IMG/VR virus record: IMGVR_UViG_3300032235_000428
Coordinates: 38,461 to 102,460 of that record
Source of the DNA: a virus
Strand: one strand, 5' to 3'
Length of the DNA: 64,000 nt
Both the position numbers and the translations under genes were made by a program. Below the pieces are notes generated by a model. That model did not search any database. It was not told where the DNA came from and was given only the letters and a program-made list of their open reading frames with translations. Below are positions 9,801-17,405 of the stretch, piece by piece. Numbering within the stretch: the stretch's first letter is position 1; each line of letters starts with the position of its first letter.

Positions 9801-12708
9801 CAACAATAGTTGTTGGTCTGAGAGTTAAAGTTGCATTAGTTGAACCAATACCAATAGTGGTTGCGTCACCGAATGCAGTAACTGTTGTTGTAGTAGTATC
9901 AATAAATCTATATGTAGATTGATCGGTAATGAATAATGAAGATCTATGACTAATTGTATTTTGGAATGTGGAAACACCAGCAACTCTTAGATTATTTTCT
10001 AGTTCTACATCACCACTAAGAGTTGAAATTCCAGTAACTCTAAATGTTGCTGTAGTGGTAACTCCAGTTATTTGAAGATTTCCAGTAACTTTTGTCCCAC
10101 TAGAATCAACTTTAACTCTTTCAGTGTTATCATAATTAGTAATTCTAACATCTCTTCCAGAAAGACTTAGATATCCAGAAGTATTAAGATGTTGTAAAAT
10201 ACCATTACTTGTATTATCTGCAAATCCTATTCTAAGACCAGTTCCTGAACTATTACCAAGATTTATATATTGGTCGCTTGTTCCAGAAAGTGCTGGTAAA
10301 TTAATATTTGATACGCTTAAAGAAGGAACGTAACCATTGTTAGGTCCTGTTATAATACCAACAAATGTTGATACTCCAGCAACATTTAAATTATTATCAA
10401 GACGAACATCTCCACTCAGTGTTGAGATTCCAGTAACTCTAAATGTTGATGTTGTGGTAATTCCAGTAACATTTAAGTTACTGTTTATCATGAATGAATT
10501 ACTAAATGTGGTGACACCAGCAACTCTTAGATTATTTCCTAGCTCTACATCACCACTAAGAGTTGAAATTCCTGTAACTTTTAATGTAGTTAGTGTTGTA
10601 ATTCCAGATACAAAGACATCTTTTCCAAATTGAGCACTATCAGTTAAGGTTGAAAACCCAGTAACTCTTAGATTTCCAATTGTACCAATTCCAGATACGC
10701 GAATATTATTGGTAAACTCAGTGTCTCCAGTTAATGTTGAAATACCAGTAACTCTAAATGTTGATGTTGTGGTAATTCCACCAACATTTAAGTTGTTAGT
10801 TAAATTAGTATCTCCAGTTAAAGTCGATACACCAGTAACTCTAAAGTTACCTACAGTCGCTATTCCAGATGCTAACAAGTTAGCATTGAACATTGAATCT
10901 GAAACAAATGTAGATACTCCAGCAACTCTAATTGAAGAATCTAATCTAACTGGTGATACAAATGTAGAAACACCAGAGACTTTAAAATCTTTCCCTACAT
11001 TTAAATTGCTACTAATTCCAACTCCACCTTGAACGACTAGGGTTCCATTTGAGGATGTGAATGAATCTTGACCACCAGTTAAGTTGAATCTATAATTTCT
11101 TACCGTGGTTACCCCACTAGTAGAACCAATGACTATATTTGTTGCATCTCCAGCAAAATTTACTCTATTTGCTACAGTATTAATTAAATTATAATCTGTT
11201 TGATCTGTTATAAAATCAGAATTATAATGTCTTATTGGATCATAAAATGTAGATACACCAATAACTTCAAGATGACTTGCCGTTAGGGTTCCAGTTAGTG
11301 TAATGTCACTTGTACTTGCAATAGAAACTAGTCCAGTTTCTTGATCAATTCTAAAAATTGATCCAATTCTAAAATTGCCAGCTTGGTCTACAGATTGAAA
11401 ATATACCCTACCACCATTCAATTGAATTGCTTCATTTTCAGGTAAAGATAGAGTTGGATCTTGTGTAAATGTTTTCCCAGATCCAACGCAACCAAAATTA
11501 AATCCAAAAAGTCTTAATTGTACACCTTTACCATCACCACGTACACCTACTGTACCAAAGTTTGTTGCAGATCCAATGGATCTCATATCGGCACCAAACT
11601 TTTGGTAATCTGCCCAAAGAATAGTGCTTGCAGTACCTACTTGAGTAGTTCCATTAGACTGGAAAATTCTAACATCTTGAGTTGAACCAATTCCAACAGA
11701 ATTGAAGATGCCAGAACCTTTACCTAGGATAGTTATATAATCACCTTCAACAGATACTACAGTTCCGATAGCAACTGGAGTTCCACTTTGATAATACTTT
11801 ACAACATAATTAGATGTAATTGATGTTGTAATTCCAGAAAGCTTTAATTGAGCATTTGCAGTACTTGCTATACCAACACTTCCAGAAATACCTTCAATAC
11901 CAACACTGGAGAAATAAGTAAAACAGTTTACCCATTCAGTTCTTGCCCCGTTGGTCATCTTCAGGGCAGTTTGATTTGGTGTAATAAAAGTACACTCATT
12001 AAAGAGCATTGCAGGCTCTAGTGTTGTTGATTGAACGACACTAGCATCTATTAAAACACCTCTACCAGCAACTTTTGCCGTTGGATAATTATCTACAGTA
12101 TCAAATCCATAGGGATCAGTTGGAGTTTGTGTTGACCCCCTATTAAGTACGGTAATTCTCTGAACATAAGGGCTCCTAGTGGTTGTAACCATATTAGGAG
12201 CAAATTTAAATCCATATCCAGTATCAGTTGAAGAATTATAATAAAAATTTCCTAATGCCAAATCTTCAATTGTGCTTTCTCCGTTTAAGAGAAATGCGTC
12301 ATTTCTTTCTGTACCAGAAGTTGGTTGAATAAATGTGGATCTTAAACCATTTCCGCGTACAGTAACCCCTTGTGGTATAGTTAACGGGAAAATTTCAGTA
12401 AAAGTTCCAGAAGAAATTAGAATAGTATCCCCAGAAACTGCTACAGTTAATGCTTTTTTTAACGTAGCAAATGCTGCAGATATATTTTGACCATCATTAG
12501 TGTCAAGACCAGTTTTGGTAACGTAGTATGTTTGACCTGGGTATCCTCCACCTAGATTTACAACAGTTTCTACACCACCTACATCTTTTTTTAGGTACGC
12601 CTTACCATCATGTGTATTTACAGCTAATTCTCCCAACTGTAGGTCTGAAGTGAGAGGAATTTTGCCTGGTGTTGAAGACCTTTTTAGTCTAATGATTGGA
12701 TCTGCCAT
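3826..12708 (-). CDS. Giant tail-fibre-like virion protein (2960 aa)
   Basis: N-terminal IRLKRS..GELAVNTHDGKAY fibre attachment motif, beta-helix region (YYVTKTGLDTNDG..SPYVQRIT), long Gly/Thr/Asn-rich repeat shaft, C-terminal GSVGINTASPNSALHVYG and FRSVEYTVQ domains. Confidence 0.8.
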   Translation of the reverse strand: MADPIIRLKRSSTPGKIPLTSDLQLGELAVNTHDGKAYLKKDVGGVETVVNLGGGYPGQTYYVTKTGLDTNDGQNISAAFATLKKALTVAVSGDTILISSGTFTEIFPLTIPQGVTVRGNGLRSTFIQPTSGTERNDAFLLNGESTIEDLALGNFYYNSSTDTGYGFKFAPNMVTTTRSPYVQRITVLNRGSTQTPTDPYGFDTVDNYPTAKVAGRGVLIDASVVQSTTLEPAMLFNECTFITPNQTALKMTNGARTEWVNCFTYFSSVGIEGISGSVGIASTANAQLKLSGITTSITSNYVVKYYQSGTPVAIGTVVSVEGDYITILGKGSGIFNSVGIGSTQDVRIFQSNGTTQVGTASTILWADYQKFGADMRSIGSATNFGTVGVRGDGKGVQLRLFGFNFGCVGSGKTFTQDPTLSLPENEAIQLNGGRVYFQSVDQAGNFRIGSIFRIDQETGLVSIASTSDITLTGTLTASHLEVIGVSTFYDPIRHYNSDFITDQTDYNLINTVANRVNFAGDATNIVIGSTSGVTTVRNYRFNLTGGQDSFTSSNGTLVVQGGVGISSNLNVGKDFKVSGVSTFVSPVRLDSSIRVAGVSTFVSDSMFNANLLASGIATVGNFRVTGVSTLTGDTNLTNNLNVGGITTTSTFRVTGISTLTGDTEFTNNIRVSGIGTIGNLRVTGFSTLTDSAQFGKDVFVSGITTLTTLKVTGISTLSGDVELGNNLRVAGVTTFSNSFMINSNLNVTGITTTSTFRVTGISTLSGDVRLDNNLNVAGVSTFVGIITGPNNGYVPSLSVSNINLPALSGTSDQYINLGNSSGTGLRIGFADNTSNGILQHLNTSGYLSLSGRDVRITNYDNTERVKVDSSGTKVTGNLQITGVTTTATFRVTGISTLSGDVELENNLRVAGVSTFQNTISHRSSLFITDQSTYRFIDTTTTTVTAFGDATTIGIGSTNATLTLRPTTIVGGNSTQNLYNTGTTTVNAFGAASTLNIGANSGTLTIGNPTVVGTQATQNLYNIVTTTVNAFGQATSIGIGSTNATLTARPSTIVGTNATQNVYNTVATTVNAFGAATTLNIGANSGTLTVGNPTVVGTQVTQNLYDTVATTVTAFGQATSIGIGSTNATLTARPSTIVGTNATQNVYNTIATSVNAFGAANNLLLGAISGFATVRNTVFSLPNASTVDINGNNPTISGSSTGTLTLFNTNLTTVNAFGEATTIGIGSTNATLTLRPITIVGGNTTQNLYNTGTTTVNAFGQATAIGIGSTNATLTLRPSTLIGQSATQNVYNTIANTVNAFGQASSINIGANSGTLTIGNPTVVGTQVTQDVFNSVATRVNAFGAAADLLIGANTGVTTIRNASVNLSNATSISATQSSFTVFNTNTTINAFGAASTFNIGANSGTLTIGNPTVVGTQVSQNLYNTVATRINVFGVATDLLIGATTGIATVRNLTFSLPNATSFAINGANPTISGTSTGTLTLFNTALTSINAFGAATAIVWGATTGIATVRNTTFSLPNATSFAINGANPTISGTSTGTLTLFNTALTSVNAFGDATNIVIGNSVGVTTIRHNLVVPAIDVDNVQVLGISTFFTDIIQPFGTTNLNELVVAGVSTLNGITNFSNDINSVNIYNSGTVNTPSLNVTGVSTIRGDLNVGGNLTVDGTVTSFNSSVLQVDDVNIELGVVSVITGLQGAIVSGANAVTLDPNIYTTTGLIPGQTITQTGGTGSIAAGTVRILSIVSSSVFTVDAVHLTTGDITFDVGGATDYTADQGGIILRGTTDKRIFYDRQQNTWSSTEDFNLVPSKSYKIGGQELLSSAQLSISNINITGVATLPILNVNNSSTFIATVGNLLGSNIYYTGISSFNQSYIAVGIVTNLKADYFTLTNNETLIATQNNSIIGPSTNKIAISTAGLNPEMTVYSTGTELLPNTTILSIDAPGIITITPSSINAAQTTTSTITVVDDPRAGVASISKLKAHIGILTNFDTVNANITGITTAQRLYVNTDIYTPGISSAETVTARVGLVTFLSGTNIQYTGVGTINTLRTNIGFVTNLIGTNLWYSGISTLPILNTNVGIVTYLTGTNIVYSGIGTIDVLRTNVGYVTTFYGRDIEVTGVTTTPAIRVNTGFVTTISGTRATYPDIDNTNLYNTGIASFTNLRTNVGIVTFLTGTNLSYSGIGTINDIRSNLINVGIATVGVLSATDAEITNVLNVLEIIANRIGTIALNSVDLNIVGTSTIANLNVQNVAITSAVGDNFQTTTIGAENLESDRIYSSGITSVSDFFANVGFVTALNVTNFFAGIGTIPLVDNTNIYTTGLGTITQLKSNVGLVTTLTSDYILSTNYIIGTGSTEASIGINTTVVGLPTSFILSLQINDFVYSPSGISSGTRIVGLGTNTITISQPSNNVGFVTETAFFSRDNLAGIASISTLKSNVGLVTYLSGTNVSYSGIGTVNTLYANVGFVTYLSNQNLSVSGVTTLVTVNASTLFLDNITNNNTLYTNVGFVTYLSGTNVAYSGIGTIITLYTNVGVVTNLTGTNVAYSGIGTINTLYTNSGFVTTLSGTNVSYTIGQLNSLFAVTGVVTTISGTRATYQDIDNVNIYSTGIGSFNNFRTNVGIVTFITGTNLNYSGLGTIPNLVGTNLSYLGISTLGKILATDITLTSITNTDIYASGIASITTLRANVGIITFVSGTNLNYSGVSTINTLRNVNLVSTGIATVNDIIGSDCVFTGISTFNAIKGTSLEINDLDIFGSNLLYAGIATFTQRLDSPNVSNFNFFNATNINITGVGTFPIIRSQDIHNTGVTTTGRLRVGVGGTILLADATSGIGSVGINTASPNSALHVYGDIQIRGNTLVGTISTTLTSNATAQVHTALARSDFRSVEYTVQTSIGNTHQITKILSIHDGVTCYNSEYSNISTGVDVASYDVVIDNSLPPGYIALRVTPVSNVGVTTVVVNFIANRI
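8040..9900 (-). repeat. Internal tandem repeats (~42 aa QNLYNTVATTVNAFG... units and 60-aa units) in the 2960-aa fibre gene
   Basis: Near-identical nucleotide copies, e.g. 9284-9363 vs 9536-9615 (252-nt period) and a 180-nt period around 8076-8400. Confidence 0.85.
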
Positions 12709-12765
12709 CTAACCTCATATCTGTATTTACAGCGATACCCGTAGGGGCACTGGATCGGTTTTATC

Positions 12766-12773
12766 TATTTATT
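12766..12773 (-). promoter_or_regulatory. Late promoter AATAAATA
   Basis: NATAAATA in the intergenic region upstream of the 2960-aa gene. Confidence 0.65.
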
Positions 12774-12784
12774 TAAGTAAAAAC

Positions 12785-15046
12785 TCAATAACTTCCACCA
12801 TCAATTGTGATATTCTCTAATCTTCTTTCACCACTAATACAAGTAACTGATTTTGATTGACCAGCACAATCATTAAACCATAATGCACCCATCTCAACTT
12901 CTGCCCAAGATACAGTAGATAAAATATTTACTGATTCGGTTACAACTGAAGCAATTCCAACTCTTTGAACGGAATGATCCCAGTAAAGTGCTGCTTTTTT
13001 AGCAGAAGTATCATAATAATGCATTATGAAACCAAGATCAATATTTGCATCTACTGATGGTGGAACTAAAATTCCAGATCCATCATCAACTAAACCAGCT
13101 TCAATTAAATTATCTTTTACTTTTAATGTTGTTGAATTTACTGAGGTTGTTTCACCATCAACATAAAGATCTCCTTTAATTCTAACTGATCCTGTATTTG
13201 TACCAATTCCTGCTGGGTCAATTACAATCGCAGATGGTCCTGTAATAATACCACTTCTAAATGTAAAATCTAAAATAGTTGTAACACCAACGACTTTAAG
13301 ATTTTGATTAAACTCTGCATCTAATTGGAAAGTCGATACTCCAGCAACTCTTAATTCATCTTCAATGCGAACACTATTGACTAAAGTTGATACACCAGCA
13401 ACATTAAGATTATTATTAAGTTGGACATCACCCATCAATGTTGAAATTCCAGTTACTCTAAATGTTGATGTTGTAGTGATTCCACCAACGTTTAAGTTGT
13501 TAGTTAAATTGGTATTACCAGTTAAAGTTGATACACCAGTAACTCTAAAGTTACCTGTAGTTGTAATGCCGAGAACATTTAAATTATTAGTTAAATTAGT
13601 ATCACCTGTTAAAGTTGATACACCAGTTACTCTAAAGTTTCCAGTTGTTGTTATTCCTAAAGTATTTAAATTATTAGTTAAATTTACATCACCAGTTAAA
13701 GTTGATACACCAGTTACTCTAAAGTTACCTGTAGTCGTAATGCCCGTGACATTTAAGTGGGCATTTATCATTGAGTCACTATTAAATGTGGATACCCCAG
13801 CAACTCTTAATTCATCTTCAATGCGAACACTATTGACTAAAGTTGATACACCAGCAACATTAAGATTATTGTTTAATTCTATGTCACCAACAAAAGTTGC
13901 TATACCAATAATATTAAAGTTGTTAACTGTTGTAATACCAGTAACATTCAAATTACCATTAATCATCATATGATCATTAAAAGTTGATACTCCAGCAACT
14001 CTTAATTCATCTTCAATTCTGACACTATTTACTAACGTTGATACACCAGCAACATTGAGGTTATTATCAAGACGTACATCACCCATTAAGGTAGAAATAC
14101 CAGTAACTCTAAATGTTGATGTCGTGGTAATTCCACCAACATTTAAGTTGTTAGTTAAATTAGTATCTCCAGTTAAAGTCGATACGCCAGTAACTCTAAA
14201 GTTACCTGTAGTTGTAATGCCAGTCACATTTAAGTGACCATTTACCATCATATTGTCATTAAAAGTTGATACTCCAACAACTCTTAATTCATCTTCAATG
14301 CGAACACTATTAATTAATGTAGAAACTCCAGCAACATTTAAGTTATTATTAATCTCAACATCACCCATTAAGGTCGAAATTCCTGTTACTCTCATTGTAG
14401 TGAGAGTTGTAATTCCAGAAACTCTTACATTTTTATTAAATTCACTATCTAATGTAAATGTTGATACACCAGCAACTCTTAATTGGGAGTTTAAACGTAC
14501 ATTATTAACAAATGTTGATAGTCCATTAACGTATAAATTTTCGGTGATTGAAACACCTAGTCCAACATTTATAGATTTTTCTACTCCAATTCCACCATCT
14601 ACTACAAGAGCACCAGTATCTTTACTCGTAGATTCGGTTGTACTTGTAAGACCAAGAGGGCCAGTTACTGTGGTAATACCACTCAATACTGCATTTAAAA
14701 ATCCACTATCCCAATATAAATTTCCAAATCCGTCGTTAGTTAATATTGATTGAACAATTCCTTGTGTTCCAGGAAGAGTGTATGTTACAACGCCTGCTAA
14801 AGTGTTGGGTGATTTTACTGAGATATAATTTGTACCATCTTTGTCAACCAGATTTAAACTGAGTGAAGCAGATCCATTTTCTCTGGTCCAATATCTATGA
14901 GATCCGAAAAATTTATTTCCGTTTGTTGTGCTGTTTAATCCAATAAAAAGATCATATTTATCGGTAGTAAATCCAGGCTCACCCGCTCTTAGTGCTGGTA
15001 GAGAATTGTATCCACCCCTTTTAAATTGTAGAATTGGTAATGGCAT
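12785..15046 (-). CDS. Fibre-like virion protein (753 aa) with VxGVST/GITT repeats
   Basis: N-terminal LQFKRG..LRAGEPGFTTD motif (Mtd-N-like fibre head), ~18/29-aa repeats, C-terminal IDGGSY. Confidence 0.8.
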   Translation of the reverse strand: MPLPILQFKRGGYNSLPALRAGEPGFTTDKYDLFIGLNSTTNGNKFFGSHRYWTRENGSASLSLNLVDKDGTNYISVKSPNTLAGVVTYTLPGTQGIVQSILTNDGFGNLYWDSGFLNAVLSGITTVTGPLGLTSTTESTSKDTGALVVDGGIGVEKSINVGLGVSITENLYVNGLSTFVNNVRLNSQLRVAGVSTFTLDSEFNKNVRVSGITTLTTMRVTGISTLMGDVEINNNLNVAGVSTLINSVRIEDELRVVGVSTFNDNMMVNGHLNVTGITTTGNFRVTGVSTLTGDTNLTNNLNVGGITTTSTFRVTGISTLMGDVRLDNNLNVAGVSTLVNSVRIEDELRVAGVSTFNDHMMINGNLNVTGITTVNNFNIIGIATFVGDIELNNNLNVAGVSTLVNSVRIEDELRVAGVSTFNSDSMINAHLNVTGITTTGNFRVTGVSTLTGDVNLTNNLNTLGITTTGNFRVTGVSTLTGDTNLTNNLNVLGITTTGNFRVTGVSTLTGNTNLTNNLNVGGITTTSTFRVTGISTLMGDVQLNNNLNVAGVSTLVNSVRIEDELRVAGVSTFQLDAEFNQNLKVVGVTTILDFTFRSGIITGPSAIVIDPAGIGTNTGSVRIKGDLYVDGETTSVNSTTLKVKDNLIEAGLVDDGSGILVPPSVDANIDLGFIMHYYDTSAKKAALYWDHSVQRVGIASVVTESVNILSTVSWAEVEMGALWFNDCAGQSKSVTCISGERRLENITIDGGSY

Positions 15047-15076
15047 GGACCTTACTTACACTTTTACTAGTACTAT

Positions 15077-15084
15077 TATTTATT
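15077..15084 (-). promoter_or_regulatory. Late promoter AATAAATA
   Basis: NATAAATA 30 nt upstream of the 753-aa gene. Confidence 0.6.
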
Positions 15085-15093
15085 TTTATATAA

Positions 15094-15309
15094 TTACCAG
15101 CTTCCACCATCTAAACTTACTTTATTATCCAAATCAACTTCTAACAAAGATAGAAAATCTGCTGGAAGACCTGGTTGTTGTGGTTCTGTTGCTGCTTTTG
15201 ATAAAACATAATCTGGATTGACAAATTTATACTTTAAATTTTCATAATCAAAAATTAAAACATAACCATCATTTAAATTTGAAGTGTCTATTGGATACTG
15301 TAGATCCAT
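15094..15309 (-). CDS. Small virion-associated protein, paralog of the C-terminus of the adjacent 206-aa protein
   Basis: Shares DGYVL.FD...FVNPD.VLSKAATEPQQPG with 15338-15958; has its own late promoter. Confidence 0.7.
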   Translation of the reverse strand: MDLQYPIDTSNLNDGYVLIFDYENLKYKFVNPDYVLSKAATEPQQPGLPADFLSLLEVDLDNKVSLDGGSW

Positions 15310-15330
15310 GTTAATAGAAATGTTATTAGT

Positions 15331-15338
15331 TATTTATC
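15331..15338 (-). promoter_or_regulatory. Late promoter GATAAATA
   Basis: NATAAATA directly upstream of the 71-aa ORF. Confidence 0.6.
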
Positions 15339-15958
15339 TACCAAGTACCAGCGTCAATATCAATCTTGTCATCAAGTTCTCTATCCAATTCATCCACAAA
15401 GTCTGAGGGAAATCCTGGTTGTTGTGGTTCTGTTGCTGCTTTAGATAAAACGTCATCAGGATTAACAAACCTGAATACTTGTGCATTACCATCAAACATT
15501 AATACGTATCCATCACCAGATCCAGCAGTGGTTCCAATTCCAGTTGTTGATCCTGCACCAATTGCTATATTTGAAGTATCTATTGTTCCTAGATCGGATA
15601 TTGATGAAGACCTCACAAATCCTACTGTAGAACTATCATTTACTAAAATACTTCCTTCTATTTTCTTTGTAGTAACTCCATCTGGATCTGTCAACATTAC
15701 ATCATAATAATTTCTACCAGATGCTAAAAGTAAAGTTTGATCTCTACTAATAAACAATCGTATTTGACCCTGTGACCTATCTGTAAAAATTACAGTAACT
15801 GTGTTGTAATATGGTGATGTTGGGTATTTTCTAATCTTTGCAGATCCACTATATCCAGTTAAATTTAATGGAGTTCGATCTGGATTTCTAAAAGTAATAT
15901 TTTGAATAAAATCTGCACCTTTTTCAAGTTCATAATTAGCAGAAATTACAACAGACAT
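15338..15958 (-). CDS. Putative virion protein (Ig-like/BppU-like N-terminal domain)
   Basis: LEKGADF...PLNLTGYSGSAKIRK...GRNYYDVML...KKIEGSILV pattern typical of cyanophage structural proteins near gp16. Confidence 0.65.
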   Translation of the reverse strand: MSVVISANYELEKGADFIQNITFRNPDRTPLNLTGYSGSAKIRKYPTSPYYNTVTVIFTDRSQGQIRLFISRDQTLLLASGRNYYDVMLTDPDGVTTKKIEGSILVNDSSTVGFVRSSSISDLGTIDTSNIAIGAGSTTGIGTTAGSGDGYVLMFDGNAQVFRFVNPDDVLSKAATEPQQPGFPSDFVDELDRELDDKIDIDAGTW

Positions 15959-15978
15959 TTTGCTAGTGAGTTTATTAG

Positions 15979-16407
15979 TTATTTATCCTGTAGTTGTTCT
16001 TTATTTGATTTTAAAAATTTCGATAGTTCTGCTGTAGATCCAATAAACAAAGCATTATTTGTAACACTTGTCGGTCCTTTTGATATTTTTTCAGTTTCTA
16101 TTTCTTTTAGTTTTTTTTGTAGATCTAATAATTTATCTGTAGCATCTGAAACATTCTTAATTAATTGTCCAACAACCTCATATGCTCTAGGTTGTCCACC
16201 ATCAACTGCTAACTCCAAAGCATTATCTAATGCCTCTTGTCCTTTTTCTATAATTGAATATAAATTACCTCTTGTATATTCATAATCTTTTTTTATATCA
16301 TCATCTGCACTTTTAACTTCAATCTTATTAGTTTCAATTTCTGTAGAAACTATTTCAGTATTTTCTAAATCAAAAGTACTATTTAAATTCTCATATTTAT
16401 TTTTCAT
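15979..16407 (-). CDS. gp16: Terminase small subunit
   Basis: DYEYTRGNLYSIIEKGQEAL...PRAYEVVGQLIK...NNALFIGSTAEL; follows gp15. Confidence 0.92.
   Translation of the reverse strand: MKNKYENLNSTFDLENTEIVSTEIETNKIEVKSADDDIKKDYEYTRGNLYSIIEKGQEALDNALELAVDGGQPRAYEVVGQLIKNVSDATDKLLDLQKKLKEIETEKISKGPTSVTNNALFIGSTAELSKFLKSNKEQLQDK
15980..15987 (-). promoter_or_regulatory. Late promoter GATAAATA
   Basis: NATAAATA overlapping the gp16 stop. Confidence 0.6.
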
Positions 16408-17402
16408 AATGATCCACTAAATCCAAAATCATCTCCAGCTGGAATTAATTCATCATCTGCAGAAGTTATCTTTTTAACTGGAGCACCTAAAACATGATTT
16501 AAAACCTTGGTGTTATATGCACCTCTTTCTACTATGAGTGTATTATTATTCTTAGATTTAATGTACATAGTTTCTTCATTTATCATTATATAAGTTTTAA
16601 TTGGAATATCTGATGAATCATCTACTATAATTTCCATATCAGTAAGATTTACATCTCTAGATAAATTGGTTTCAATATCACCAGTATAATTTTTAGTTGC
16701 TTTTGCTTCTGATGAATATGTGACTTGTCTTGACCCACTACTATCTCCAGCAGTATATCCAATAGTAACTTTTTTGATAATATCTTTTGATGTTTCTGGA
16801 CCAGAAATTGGACCAAAAAGATATGTTTTTGCTGTGAAGTTTAAAGTGTATATTAAAGCTCTCCTAGTATTAAAATCACCCTCATAATCATCTTGCATAG
16901 TAAGATTTTCGAGTGTTAATGGAACATCTCTTTTTTCACCAATCGTATCTACTAAATTAACACTTAAAACAAAAGAGGGTTGAAAATATGGCAATATTTG
17001 TTCGACTATTTGTAACATATCATCATTTAACTGTGTCATAATAGATAATTGAAAATCCATATTGTATGGAACTGGCATGTACGCCTTTCTAATATCTGTT
17101 CCGTCAGTTGTAATTGTAGTTGCAAATGATTGAGTTGGTGCTAATTTCCTACTACTATCATAAGATAACCCAACAAACTCAAAAGACATCCTAGGTAGAG
17201 TAATCTGGACTGGTTTATTGAGATCTGGAGATTGCTCTAACCTTGCCAAAAACTTTTGTGTTGGACCATATGCCAATGGAACCTTTGTTATCTCTAAAAT
17301 ATTTCCATCAGAATCTCTTTTCTGTATAGAAATATCATTAAACAAAGTTCCAAAAGAAACAATGGTTTTCCTTAAAATTTCGTGATAAAAATATTCAAAC
17401 AT
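16404..17402 (-). CDS. gp15: Tail sheath stabiliser/terminator
   Basis: YFYHEILRKTIVSFGTLFNDI, VPLAYGPTQKFLARL, LPRMSFE, QIVEQILPYFQP. Confidence 0.95.
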   Translation of the reverse strand: MFEYFYHEILRKTIVSFGTLFNDISIQKRDSDGNILEITKVPLAYGPTQKFLARLEQSPDLNKPVQITLPRMSFEFVGLSYDSSRKLAPTQSFATTITTDGTDIRKAYMPVPYNMDFQLSIMTQLNDDMLQIVEQILPYFQPSFVLSVNLVDTIGEKRDVPLTLENLTMQDDYEGDFNTRRALIYTLNFTAKTYLFGPISGPETSKDIIKKVTIGYTAGDSSGSRQVTYSSEAKATKNYTGDIETNLSRDVNLTDMEIIVDDSSDIPIKTYIMINEETMYIKSKNNNTLIVERGAYNTKVLNHVLGAPVKKITSADDELIPAGDDFGFSGSL

Positions 17403-17405
17403 TTT

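Noticed and set aside
12709-12765. Small palindromes in the leader of the 2960-aa gene (CTGTA-TT-TACAG; possible UACG loop)
   Set aside because: Stems are too short to distinguish from chance without comparative data.
3826-15046. Diversity-generating retroelement suggested by Mtd-N-like heads and duplicated segments
   Set aside because: No reverse transcriptase in the window, and no TR/VR pair with dense adenine-specific mismatches at a gene 3' end.
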